Source: Marsupella aquatica
Taxonomy: Eukaryota; Plantae; Marchantiophyta
Direction: 5' to 3'
DNA: 64,000 nucleotides
NCBI GenBank assembly: GCA_973895155.1
Contig: OZ316893.1
Location: forward strand, 22,169,844-22,233,843
The translations under genes and the position numbers were made by a program. Position 1 is the stretch's first letter. Each line of letters begins with the position of its first letter. Positions 47,764-61,212 of the stretch are shown piece by piece. The notes under the pieces were generated by a model. The model was not told the origin of the DNA, made no database searches, and saw nothing but the letters and a program-made list of their open reading frames with translations.

Positions 47764-50700
47764 TTATGGAGAGATCTGGACCCATGCACCCACACTAGGC
47801 ACACCTTGGTTCACAGCGACGAGCAAGTAATAGCCGGGGGGAGCCACAAATGAATTAGAAGGAGCTGCGGTAGCTATCTGGTATTCACTATTTCCTATGG
47901 CAACTGGAGTTGCCACACCGAGCACCAACATCCTCTGACCTTGAGAGTAGGAGTGTGTGGCAAAGGGAGCACTCATAAGTGTTAGAGTTATACTACCAAC
48001 AATAGGAACTCCGGGACCTAAAGCGATTACCACAGCAAAGGCCTGGTTATAGACAAGAGTGGTAGGTGCTGAGATGAGACTGGGCCGAAGAGAAGCTAAG
48101 CTTGGAGCCAGGTATGGAGGAGAAAAAGCCTCCACACGAAGCTCAGTAGGATATTGGCCAATCGTATCGTCCGCTGGCGTGAATATGTACACGTTGTTGG
48201 GATTACTACCGGCGACGAGGATTCGCCCATCAGGCAACAGATTTGCAGTCGAGTGGTACATCCGAGGAATGGTTGTTGCATTCAGGACCGAGAACCGTCC
48301 ACCTGTGCAAAGGAAAATGCAAAGATAAAATTCGTCAGTTCGCTTCACAAGGGATCAAGAAATGTTCAGTGCAAACATAAAGCTGGCTTTATACCAATAC
48401 GAGGATACTTGGGTTGTGCTTAATTATAACTCTACTCCCGTGTGACTTGGTCAGCGTTTACTCGAAGAGTTCCCCCAAAAGTATTAAGGATTGTTGTGTG
48501 GAAGGGGTGACTCGATGGCTAGCAAATGACTAAATCTCGAAATCTCCTAGGTAGAGAAGCGGGAGGAGAAAGGAAGAGGTAGGGGTTGTTGAGGATGAAA
48601 GCTTAGGGACTTTGCCTTAGGATTCAGCCGTATGAACTCGACATGGTGGCTATGGATACCAGTGATTGTGCAAAAAAGATCTGACATGTCTGTTCCCGTC
48701 GTTCTTACTCTCGAGTCGCTTTTGATATTTTCGCCTGTTGTAGAAGTTAAGACCAAGTTCATCTGGACGAAGAAACTAGACCTGATAATTTCAAAGAAAA
48801 TGCACACTTCGGTTTTTTTCTAAATTGCTAGTGCTATCTAATGCTATTAGTTGGTTGAATCTCGGAAGGTCTTCCATCATGATTTCTAACAGACTATTAG
48901 GAGGATACGCATTGGAAGGAGTGAACACAAAATAGATGAATTCAACATCCAGGCACAAGGCAGCGAGGAGTAAATCAGTGGATTCCGAGAGTAAGAGAGA
49001 GTTGCTTACCAAGAGGGGCATCAGGCTGGTAGACCACAGGGCTAAGGGCCGGGTTGAAAGCATTGTTGAAACCCTGAGCACCAGCCTGAGCACCGTTGAT
49101 GATGAGAACGCTTCCATCGGGCAGAAGAACCATATCTCCCATGCACCTATTAATTGGCATGGTTTCCATAATCCAAGTAGGTGCGGCGTCAGTCACCTGA
49201 AGCCTCCCACAAGTACTAGAAGCAGAAAGTCTCGCAGATGGATTGGTGAAGGCTCCATACTGAGCTCCACCGCAAACAACAATCTCTGCCACGGAAAAAC
49301 CATCTGCGAACTGGAGTGGCAGAAGGACGGAAGACCCCGCAGAAGGGTAGGTCCTGGGCTCTCCAGGAATGTTGGGGTAAGTGCGCAATATTGTGTTGGT
49401 GATGTAGTTGTAGAGAATGGATGCCTCATTGCAGAAGATCCAGAGGTTTCCATCGGGTAGAAGATGCACGAATGGGTACAAATTGTCACCTTGGGCGTCC
49501 TGGTTATCAAACAGAAACGGGAACGGTACCAGCCCCACTCCATTGTCCGGTACGAACTCTAAATTGTACATGTTCAGGCCCCCTATGACGATCAACCTGC
49601 CATCTGGGAGGAACTGATCCGTGGCATACCACCTGGGTTCTTGAAGAAATTGATTTGCATCCTCTATCCAGTCACAATTTCCTCCTGGTGGGCATGAGGC
49701 GAAGGACCTTATCTGCGAGTGGATCAAAATCACATTTTCCCGTCAATTAGGTTCATTTAGTTTCACTGCAGCAATGGCAGAATTATTGCGTCTCTAACTC
49801 CCACATAACTGGAACAAATCGAATCTGACAGGGAATGGAAGGCTGGTTTGTCCTGGAGGAGACTTTGCAGAAATCTGAGGGCTAGTAGTCTTCTTCTGTA
49901 TGCGATCCCCTACGACACCCTGACTAGATTATCGACGATTCTCTGGTCCCTTGATATTGGAATTTCCCTGACGAGAAAGTATGATTTGAACCAACGGAAC
50001 TACAAGTGACTAACAATGAAGGGGGAAGCAGAAGCGATTGGGCCATGGGACTAGAGAGAGAGGGACAGATAGCAGCTTAGAGCGCAGGTACACTCTCCCA
50101 TGATTCTTAAACCTCAAAGCTCATCACTACCTCCAAAATAATATTCGTTGGTCTCTTCATGAATGCCTACCTGATAAATGTGACACCCTTTAATAGTAAC
50201 ACAGAATCACCATTGAACGCTAACGGCATCTACATACGATCAAAAGCAGAAATTGCCAATCCCCCCAAGCCCCCGACAAATCACCAGCAATCACTGACCG
50301 GCAGCTATCATTTTCCGCAGATAAACTTGAATATCTCAAACCCAGGCGTTTAATCGACAACAACTCAATTTAACTAGAAAAAATAGAGCACCAACCTTGT
50401 TGCCGCCAAGCCCATTCCCACCAGTCTGAATCAGTGTCCCATCGGCAGAGAATTGACCAGAAGAGCACCAAGTATTAGTGAGGACCGTCAAAGGTCTAAC
50501 TATATCACTAGCTGGAGTGTACAGCACGGAGTGGGCAGAGCAATCATTTCCATAGCAATTCGTCAAGTTAATCTTCGAAGGCCCAGCATCAGTTCTGTCG
50601 AGAAAGATTGCCTGTCCATAATGATCGATAGCTGTATGCATAGATGAGATGCCGACGTTGGCTGACAAAAGCTCCCATGACCCCCCACCCCCAGCGGTAG

Positions 50701-50809
50701 TCGGCGCTTGGGCTCCAACGCTGAATCTTTTAATCGTGTCCTCGCTAAAGAGCGCAACAGTAAAGAGGAGTAAGCAAAGAGCTCTGCTAAAGGATGGCCC
50801 CCTCCCCAT
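47764..50809 (-). CDS. Secreted glyoxal oxidase / galactose oxidase-like copper radical oxidase (551 aa), 3 exons
   Basis: Exons 50809-50396, 49712-49010 and 48302-47764 total 1656 nt and stay in frame. Signal peptide plus GISSMH, NTWCSSG (Cys), RWYAT, RTYPSAG (Tyr), RMYHS (Tyr-His), FATHS (His) and APPGYYLL. Confidence 0.93.
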
Positions 50810-53133
50810 AAGTGAACTTCTGTCTTCTCAGGCGAATTGCCTTGAGCTTCGCCGCCTACAAGAGAGTACCATGACATTTGACGGAAGATCCAACAGTCGC
50901 AAGCTGCATCGGAGCGGACGGGAGAATTGTATCGACATCGAGAAACCCAGACTTCTCAGTCATCCCCTTCTTGTGCTCCTGACTCGTTGTTCTTTCATCT
51001 GAGCAGCCACTGCTATCCAACGCGATGTAGGGGCAATCTACGAGCCATGAAGATCATGAAAAACTCATCGTCTACGTGTAATATGGATCGATCGAAGACT
51101 CCAGAAATTTCTGCTTTGTGGGCATAACTCACCCTCTTGCTAGGAGTAGACCAACTTATTCTGCTCATACTTGATCGATCGATAGAATGAGAGATGCTAA
51201 ACCTGATCCAGAGAACACCTTATGTTTGCAAATGATAGCTCGAAAATCGTCGAGTCCTCGTGAGAAGCTACAGCACAAGATCATCGACGAGTTTTCAAAT
51301 TGTTGGTTTTCAATCCTTGATTTTGAGAATCGACTGTCATATGGGGTCCGCTTCAAATCAGAGAGTGGAAGTGTTTCATGTATATCCTCTTCACAGTAAA
51401 TTAGAAATTTGCCCCCGAGTCCCCTGCCCCCGGGTCCCTGATGGCTACAGAACTTACGGCCCTTGCTGGCGGTTTCTCATTCAGGAGAGGCTGCTAAAAC
51501 GTTGCATACAAGTATATATTAGTCCAGAGCTGTAGAAGAGGGAGATCACGCTACAGGATCAATCCAAGCGTCATGAGATGAGGAAGGAATCAAGGACATT
51601 CCCTTTCGGACGCTGCAAAGAGGAATCATGGAGAATGTACAAACACTGCCACCGCTCGTGCAACACCCAGAGCAGCCAATTGGCAGAGGAATTCAGTCAG
51701 TTGCACGGATGAGCAACTGCTGCCTGCCTCATAGAATCAGCGGAGCTAGGGAGAGAGTGTCTGGAGATGCAGAGGAAGGCGGCTACACTACTTCATGAAG
51801 AGGAGACGAGGAACCAGGTCCAAAGCGTTCCTTATGGATGCTAGGAGCCACCAAATGAAAAAAACACATGCTTGCTGAAATCAAAGCAGGTGTGGAAACT
51901 TTCAGAAGTCAGGCGTCGGGGTCCATTCAACACTCACAGCTTTGGATGAAAAGTAAGACACGCCGGACAAAAAATAGGAATTGAAAGATGCATAGAGTAA
52001 AGATTACAAGCAAGGCCTGGGCAGCTCGTTCAACGTCGGCTGCGTGTTCTCAGTGGGGCGGAAATGCGGGATTCCGTGTCCTACTTTCAGTCCTGCTTTG
52101 TTATACAGTAGAGTGGGGTGTAAAAAGTGCGATATGGGGTCCACAGCTGCTACTTTTCCCCACGTCACGACCTCCATAGCTAGAACGTTGCACATGTACT
52201 GTACACGCAAAAGTGCCCAACTATCAGAGTGTGAGGTTTTCCTTTTCTGGCACGCTGAGTTGCTGGCAGATTTGACTGCCTCCGCCCTCTGCTCTACTAT
52301 ATTAATTATAGGGATGTCCAGATGTCCACCAGTCGGCAGTCGCAGATCAGATCTAAGCCAAGCCGCCACCCAGTACCCTGATCCAAGGGTGCCATAATTG
52401 CATTATTACCTTGAATGAGTGAATCAGAACGTATCGGCCAATAAATTAAGTTTTTGTCTCGAGCAGGACCCACTGAATTACTGAAGATGAGCGATGCGCG
52501 TGGAGATGAGTAGGCCAGGGAGTTAATAGAAGCTTCAAGCAACCAACAATATTGTACAGCCGAGGTAGACTAAGAAACCCTCCAGAAGCAAAAGGATCGT
52601 TCGCCGGCAATTGTGTCGTGTCGTTCGGTCGTAGGTAGAACGATGTAGAGTGTACAAAAGCGGTTGAGTGAGAATGGAATGTCAGCTAGCAACTCTTTGT
52701 CCCGTTGGAACATACGGCATTGCGGCGGGCTGAGCTCTGCCAACCGCACCCCTTGCAATTGTTCGGAATTAAATGGCAACCAGATCATGCTAGTGAGCAG
52801 TGCGTCATGAAATCGATGCTCGATGGAAATACCGACGGATATCCTGTCGTTTCTTCGAAGAAAGTGAGGATGGACAGGACTTTTCTCGATTGGAAAGCGA
52901 TGCCCTCACTAGCACTCCGAAATGTTCTTAGTTTCCAATCGCTTGATTCTAGTTGTGTTTGCGTCATTTGCGTACAATTCTGCTCTTAAATGCCACAGAA
53001 AGCCCATCCGCTAATTATATGATGTAATCGGGTATGAGAGTTGAGAATATTGCAGCCAACCATGGGATCCTTCATCTCAACGTTTCCAGAGTTTCTAGCA
53101 CAGATCAACCTCGTTTGATCTGGTAGGCCTAGG

Positions 53134-53286
53134 AGGTATTTGCTTGATGGGACCAACATGAAAAGTTTTACTTGATAGGACCCTGAGTGATCCAGACCCT
53201 TGATTTTACCTTGAATCAACGCACCTAATACTTCAGGGTCCTATAAGTAAAACTTTTTATTTTGGGGTCCCATCAAGCACATACCT
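53134..53286. mobile_element. Small foldback Mutator-like MITE (~55-bp TIRs)
   Basis: AGGTATTTGCTTGATGGGACC..AAAAGTTTTACTTGATAGGACCCTGA is mirrored by TCAGGGTCCTATAAGTAAAACTTTT..GGTCCCATCAAGCACATACCT. The terminus resembles the 1577-2736 TIR. Confidence 0.7.
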
Positions 53287-53457
53287 TTTGAGCTTCAGTG
53301 TACTTTAAAGTGCATGCATCCATGAGTTTGAGTCAAGTTTTGTTGAACTGAAGGGAAATCACCACAATAGTAAGCATGACTTGACGAACTTGACGACAGC
53401 ATAAGTCATGTTCCTGCAAAATTTCACGGATTCCGAAAATCCGAATCTGAAGAACCC

Positions 53458-53752
53458 AATCGAAGGTTCAATTCATTTCCAGAGATCCTGTCAATCAGTG
53501 TAGTGTCACAAAAGTAAATTCGACGATTCAATTCCATTTTCAGCGACCCTGTCAATTACTGTAGTGTCGAGACAGTGCAATCGTATCCTCAGAGCTCACA
53601 AATCGACGATTCTATTCAGTTTTCAATTATCCTGTCAAAAATACTGTAGTGTCAAGACAATGGATTCGAATCCTCACAGCCCAAAATCGACGATTCAACT
53701 GAGGATTTAACTCGATTTTCAGAAAGGCTGAGTGTCAATTACTGCGGTGTCG
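53458..53752. repeat. Degenerate tandem repeat, 4 units of ~60-85 bp
   Basis: AATCGACGATTCAA..TTTCAG..CCTGTCAA..CTGTAGTGTC recurs four times. Confidence 0.75.
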
Positions 53753-54768
53753 AGTATATATTCGTGGAGTTTTCCGATGCACGTAAATTAAGAAAAAAAG
53801 AACGTCGAAATGTCGGGTGCAGTACAGAAATTGGTTTCAGAAACAGTCATGCGAATTGAGTTGACGAGAGACTCGAGAGCACAACAGACAGTAGTACATC
53901 GTGTGCTTTGGTCATGGTCATCACTGCTAGGGTTGAAAAGGGACCTTTTAAATGCACATCAAAATCTGTACTTCCCTAAGTGGCACGTGATCCCAAGTCT
54001 AAGAGACTAAGAGACTTTTCATACCATGATAATCTTCTGTTATTGTTTTAATGAGATGATGGGGTGTCAAACCTCAAAATTTGATGGATTTATGGAAAAA
54101 TAATAATAAACTATCAAATTCATGATCTTAATTTTCTGTCATAATGCTTGTCATAATGACTGAAAGCTACTGCCATTTGCTTATGGCCCAAAACCATTGT
54201 CGGCAACTACATGAACTTTTGAGACCCCTTACTAGAGTTTTCATTAAATTGGCAAGGAGGGTGAGTCCAGCATACTCTTAAAGGTTTTTTGGCTAGGTTT
54301 TTTGTTTTTAGCCAGTGTGGCCAATGCCAGCCACACTAAGGGAGAAAATGTTAGGAAATGCTAGGAATATTCTTTATCAGTTTTTACTGGAATATATCCT
54401 GACCATCATATATCATGAATTGGTATGTATAGGATTTCCATAAACTGATAAGGACTGGTATGTATAGGATAACTGTGGTGTAGGCTGGGGTTACTACAGT
54501 AGCTTGTTTAACCCTGTGACCAGAAAATGACCCTCCATGACATATCAACCACCTGGTACACTGCCACACATGTATGTATAGGATGATGGTTGGGCTTAAA
54601 AGCTTATAACCCTGTGACCAAAAAGTGAGTAAAATCTGGGAAGCTTTTCCTAACATCCTGGGAGCAGGGTTCACCCTAGAACCCATTGCCAGACCTCCTT
54701 TATATAATGTAACACCCATCCCCCAAAAAACCACTGATCATGAGTATTGGGTAAAAGATTATGGAAAT

Positions 54769-54850
54769 AGCAAGTACTTCCAAAAATGGTTACACGCAAG
54801 TAACATGTAGCAAGTACCTCCAAAAATGGTTACACACAAGTAACCTGTAT
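54769..54850. repeat. 40-bp tandem duplication
   Basis: AGCAAGTAC(T/C)TCCAAAAATGGTTACAC(G/A)CAAGTAAC x2. Confidence 0.85.
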
Positions 54851-55057
54851 TCCGGACAAACACTTACTTGAGGAGGTGGCTCACAAGTACATTTCTGTGG
54901 AAGTACACCTGGAGGACACTGGCGAGCCGGCCAAGAGTGTCTTGGGAGGGGCTGGGGCAAACTTATAGTCAGGGCTGTCGAACTTATACTTAGAGTCAAC
55001 CCTCAGGAGTACTCTCTTACCTCATCATGATTGTGGTGAATTTCTCATAGTTATTTT

Positions 55058-55569
55058 CAAAACTTCCCTTTGTTTAGATCACACTAAGTAATCCAGAGGA
55101 AGGATTTGGCAAACTTTTGCCAAAAAAACAAAAAAAAAACTACCTGATACCCTCGAGCTCAAAAATTCCCTTTGTTTAGATCACACTAAATAATCCAGAG
55201 GAAGGATTTGGCTAACTTTTGCCAACCAAAAAAAAAAAACCTACCTGATACCCTCCAGCTCAAAACTTCCGTTTGTTTAGATCACACTAAATAATCCAGA
55301 GGAAGGATTTGGCTACCTTTTGCCAATACAGAAAAAAAAACCTTACCTGATACCCTCGAGCTCAAAACTTCCCTTTGTTTAGATCACACTAAATAATCCA
55401 GAGGAAGGATTTGGCTACCTTTTGCCAAAACAAAACAAAAAAACCTACCTGATACCCTCGAGCTCAAAACTTCCCTTTGTTTAGATCACACTAAATAATC
55501 CAAGGAAGGATTTAGCGAAAAGGAAAAAAAGGCCAAAGGAAAAAAAAACCCTGCCTGAAACCCTCGAGC
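55058..55569. repeat. Tandem array, 5 x ~102 bp
   Basis: The unit CAAAACTTCCCTTTGTTTAGATCACACTAAATAATCCAGAGGAAGGATTTGGC...poly-A...CTACCTGATACCCTCGAGCT starts at 55058, 55160, 55261, 55363 and 55465. Confidence 0.95.
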
Positions 55570-58500
55570 CGCCCTGTACCGACCACCAGCCCGTTTCCAC
55601 TACCTACCCTGCCAAACCTGCCCTTTTTTGGCTGCCAAGCCGGGCCACCCCTGCCCTAGCCTACCGTACCGACGTCCCCCCCCCCCCCCGCCCCCCACCC
55701 AGAGGCCCAGACCCTAGTTCCGAAGTGCCCGGAAACCGTCTTGTTGTCATTTTTCTGCCCTCTCCTATCACTGCCCCCAAAACAATATGATTAGAGGACA
55801 GTAATCAAGCCATTCGCCTGGCCTGCCCGCAGCCCGCTCCACAGTCCCCACGGAAGTAACACGGGGCAGGCAGGTTAGGCAGGTCAGGGCTGCGGACAAA
55901 ACAAAACAGAGACGCGAATGGGGCCGTTCAAAAATTTGCACCAACTATAATTTTTCAATTTCCCGTCCAAAACAGAGCAGAAAACAAAATTAACATGTGG
56001 TCAGCTACTTTTCAGTCAAAGCTACCGTTTCAGAATTCAGACCCGAGCACCACCAAAACGACAAAATCCTGATGGGGCGGCGCAAACCGGATGGTAAGGT
56101 ACTAAGGTGAACGTTGGATAGATGAACGGCAAATGTTCCCCACGGTCAGGCCGTCAGGGTGACCGGAGCTCACAGGCAAGCAATCCTGGGCAGCTGGTGG
56201 GTTGGCTGCTCGCCAGCTTCTGTAGCTGACTCTTCAGCTGCCAAACAAATACTTCCTTCTTTACTAATACTTTGGTGACGAGTAATATATAATAGCCTGA
56301 TTATTTGTTATTAGACCAATAGAAATGAAGACAAAAAAAAATCAATCCCGCAAATAAAAGAATTCTATGTTATATCCCGTTCATTTTTGCCCCCATCACT
56401 ATTGTTTGTCCACCCTCACTTTCAAGTTTTGTCTTTACAAGCCCTACTACCTTATTTTGAACATGAATAGAGTTGAGAATAATAAAATATAGACAGAATA
56501 TTCACTAGTGTAATAAAGTATCAATAGATAACAGGAAACAGGAAACGCACTTGAGATATTTTTCTATCAAGAGAAAGGTCCAGCATACAAATTTCATGGC
56601 TAAAAATTAGAGGACCAAGGGTCAGGAAACCAAAACAGCTGAAAATTAAAAACAAATTGCACTGCAATTTACCAAACACTTACAGTTTCTTTATGCCTCT
56701 GTTCCCATTTCCTTTGGGTCTAACTCTATGTTCCATTCTTCTTTTGATAATTTGTACAAAAAGAAATTAGGATTTTTCTTGTATTATAAATTCTTGCACA
56801 CATGAAGCATGGTTTAGCTGCATCACAATACCTCCAAAAACTCGCCCCATCCGATCCTTTTCTTTCACTCCCACCCCATATTTTGATTCATGCCCCCTTA
56901 GATCGACGAAAACCCTAGCCCCATTTCCATTTCATCTTTGCCCCAAGTTTGTGTCCACCATATTTTCAGTTTTGTCTTTACTAAGAGTCATTGTGAGCTT
57001 TAAAAACGATGATTGAAACCACGGTACATGTCATCATTTTAACATACATCATTATCTCCATGCACGTCCTTTATTCCATGCACATGAATTTTGGTGGGGC
57101 CTTATCATTCTTTTCATGCACATATTTTTTTGTATCCACATACATTTGGGTGGGGCCCTAGAGTCACCGTCTAGAGGCTTCATTCTAGAAGCCTAGACCC
57201 CAACTTTAGCTTCCCTGCACACTTTATAAATAAGATTGAGAATTACGTCCAAAGGTTTTAATGCAGACCATAACCTTGGAAAGTAGCTTTGCATTGTGCT
57301 TTATTAGTAAGATATATAACCATTCCAAAGAATAAAAATACCAAATAGGGAGAGAGGATAGCAAGGGCAGAAGACTCAATAAGGAGGGGAAAGAGAAAAA
57401 GGTAAAGACCACAAGAGTACCAAGGAGGCCCACAAGCCCAAGAGCCCACAAGCCCAGGAGCCATATTGCAAAAAAACAAGAGCCCACATATGAGCAGAGA
57501 AGACAACAGTGAACCCCACTTGATGGAAAACTCGGAAGCTTGGTAGAGCTCCAGAGTAAGATGCATAGGAGACTCATGCAGAGGAATCTGTCTAGAAGCC
57601 CTAAAAGTTACAGCCGTAATGGGCCCTATGAAGAATGGTAAAAAGTTTGGACCCACTGAGGTCAAATGACATCCTCTCAAAGGCCGCTAGGACTGAAACA
57701 AGGGGACACAGTGTCCATTCTATGCAAAAAGATCACATGTGCACTCAGAAATTGGTCAAAGCTAGGGGTAGAGAGCTCCAAAGATCTCAAGAGCAAGGGT
57801 AAAAATAGATCCCCAAGGTTGAGCTGATAGTGTGATATTTGCATGTGGTTTTCCATTGGGTCTTGTCTTTTAATGCTGCCCACTCTCCACCACAAAAGGT
57901 GAAGACATGAAAGTCTCTCCTCACATTTCTGATTGCATGTGTGTATCCAGAGTTTTCTCTATTAGGGACATTTTATAAGCACCACCTTGCACTTATGATG
58001 CCATTTCCCATAGTAATTAAGTGGGTACCCAAGCCAAAATACCACAAAGAGATCAATGGCTAAGGAGAGACTAAAATCAATGTGAGAAACCAATTGCAAG
58101 CCAATAAATGAATTGGGGCTGTCAATGTCCTTGCCTCTATTTAAGTTCACAGAAGTGGCGGTCAGGCTTGTACACAGAATTGTCCAAAACCAGGGGCCAA
58201 TTCCTTAGCCATATAGTAGGGCGCGTCCTTTATATTCGAGGTGGCTATCTTCAGCCAGGAATCTAGATTCTAGAAAGTTATTTAGCTTTTCTTGAAAGTG
58301 CTCTGTTTGTTTTCAAAAACAAATCTTTTGAAGCTCCCAAAATATTCAGTACCTGGGCCTTTCGCATGCAGTATATGGCCAAAACTCCTAAGCAATATGC
58401 ACCACCCAGATTTGAACCACAATCCTCAACAAAATCAAGGTCAGTGAGCCACCAAACAACATATAGTACATTAGAATGTTTATCCTGGAACATACTTCAT

Positions 58501-61212
58501 TTGTTTTTGTCTTGTAGCTATTGACTTTCACATTAGAATACAAAGCTAATTCCAAAATTCATTTTTTGAATAGCTAAATTATTGTGATTTGAGAAGGGTA
58601 CCTAAAAGTCCTGATGCTAGCATTATCAAATTTCATATGTTTGTCGTTAGTGTGATCATCAAGTAAAGTGTGCACTATAGAATGAACTATATGTACGACT
58701 AAAATACAAATATTATATAGAATGAAATATATGTACGACAAAAACACTGAAGTAAATTTAGACCTCAATATGGACAGTTTTGAGGAAGGTGTATATCAGG
58801 TATGCTCTCTTAGGATAGTGGTCTCGACAATTTTGGTGCATTCATGGCATCTTTAGGTTAAATCTCTATTGTGCCATTGCGGATGCGGTCAAATTTCTGA
58901 TTGGCCCTTATGGATACAGATACTATACTGTAAAAATTATCTGTTGAGCCTCATAAAAAAAAGCCTAAAAAGCACATGTGGGTAGGTACAAAATTAAAGA
59001 GAAATATATCAATAGGGAGTAATTTTAAGGGGGGTAAATCAGTGCTTATTATAAAACTGAAGGGGTCTTAAATAAAATTTAAATTTCACTGAGAGATACA
59101 TAGACCAATAAGACACCTGACAATTTCAATAAGGGTCATCAGTTGAGCAGGTTGTATGGGCTTCGCTAATAATAAGGGGACATCAATGAGTCCTCCTGGG
59201 CTGGGTTTCGCTATCCCTTTCCTGGAAAAATGCAAAACAAAACCAGATTCACTCAGGCCATGTAAATGATCTACAATAGAATTTATGTAGCTATGCATTC
59301 ATCTTTTTTTGCAAATCAGTCATACTGTACTGAAATTCCAATATTTCCCTGCTCATGCTCGTGCAGGACCCAGATCCTTTGAGAGCACTTTATTTGGGCG
59401 AGGGCAATGTGGGGCTGGGCCCCAGTCACCAGACCAACGCCATGATTTGTAGAATAGTAAAGGTAACTTTTCGTTCTATCATTAGCGAAAGTAGATTTCT
59501 GTTTGTGGGGCGAAAGCGGCTTTTTGGATTTTATCCATTTATCCCGAGGAGACGATTCATCGAAAACTTCTTTGCTTTTGAAGCCTGTTCAATTTCAAAA
59601 CAGAAGAAATGTGACCGACTTAATCAACGCTATATGATGTTGGAGAAATGCGACCAGGCTGAGAGGTGTTGCTGCTGATCAGGCCACATCCCGAAATATG
59701 TTTTCCTGCATGGGGATAGAAAATTGTCAGGACTTGTATCCTCTTCACTCAGCTCTCACCTCAATGTTCAATTCCGTCTCGGCAGAATTTAACACAATGT
59801 TGTCTATGTTCTGTTCTCTTTGCATAGGGCATCACATGAATAAGTTAAGGGCTTAAAAGTTATTCGGTCGGCTTTCTGGCCATTAAATTGATTCATCATA
59901 AGTGAAGAGCTCGATAAACGAAACTAGTTCAAAAATTCAGAACTTTCAGAAGAAAATAAAATTTTGGCAGTCGCCCACACAGCAGCTCAAGAACGCTACC
60001 GAATATCCGTCCCTTGGAATTATAAGTTTCGGATATTAAGACCGAAATCATTGCTGCAAAAAGAGCCGGGACGACAAAAAGCAAATTTTCTATTCAACTG
60101 CTGTCAGGCCTTATCTTAGCAGTATATTAGCAGCATTATGGCCCAAGTCGACAATAATTCATTCACAACATACATAACTTTTACATTCAGGTTTCGTTCT
60201 GACCAAATGCGGCACGTGTGGATTGCGGAGGCACAGCTCCGATAAGCCAGACAAGTCTCAATTAAGCATGTACTAGTAGCTGATTTATGCCTAGCTTTGC
60301 TCAAATTGAGGCCCAGGACTATGCCACGCCTCAAAACATGCATCACAGCAGTGAATGTGGAGACACACCTTTGGTCTTGACCTCACCTTATCATAAATCA
60401 TGCGACATGACCCATGGCCCTCAACTTTGTAGGCAAGATACAACACATCATAGTCTTCCCCAATTCATGTACCCAGTGCCGGCTTGCATTCTGCACTGTG
60501 TTGCCAGTACCCCACGATATCCTTAAGGATTTGAAAAAACAACTAGAAACGTTAGGTACAGTTCTATGACGAGGGCTGTACGCTGAGCGGCAGGATCTGT
60601 GTGAGCTTTCAATCCCTCTGAGCTTCTCACAGGTAACAGAATCTTAATGCCTCTTTGCCTTTAGTCAAAGCATCTGACTTAGCGAGATACGGAAGTCTGC
60701 TACATTGCAAATTTAGCTCATTTCAGATTGAAAGGCAACTTATGTCCCGCTTCCACAGACGAAGGCCGGCAAAACTTTCACTCAGGCTTCCAAAACAGTC
60801 TTCAGCACAAACATGCTCCATGAAATGAAATTTGCACGAGTTACGGCTAATTCTATTGGAACTACATAGCCTTGCTGAAAGGATAACACCTGAGTTTGTC
60901 CCAAAGTAAACTCTTTACATATTAATGGCAATAAACTAACCACAGCACAGACATGTGTAGATGGTATTGTTGAAACTATGCACCAAATCGATATAAGCCT
61001 ATCATAAATCCGTGTGTCACCTCGAAACTGACCGAAGCAATACAATAAACTAGACACAAGATCGAGTCAAAATCTTACAAGAACCCGGAGGCACGCTACC
61101 TAAAGATTATGAAATGGGTATAGACATCTGATGCTCAGAGCCTTCCCCAACGGTTTACGAAGACATTCTGTGAAGATGGATTTCTTCAGCTTTGTGGTCG
61201 CATTCCAGTGCA

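Noticed and set aside
55058-55569. CRISPR-like array
   Set aside because: The units are contiguous near-identical repeats without unique spacers, there are no cas genes, and the context is eukaryotic.
57290-58200. Possible minus-strand LINE 3' remnant
   Set aside because: Only a vague C..HVF..C-like patch is visible, too degraded to support.
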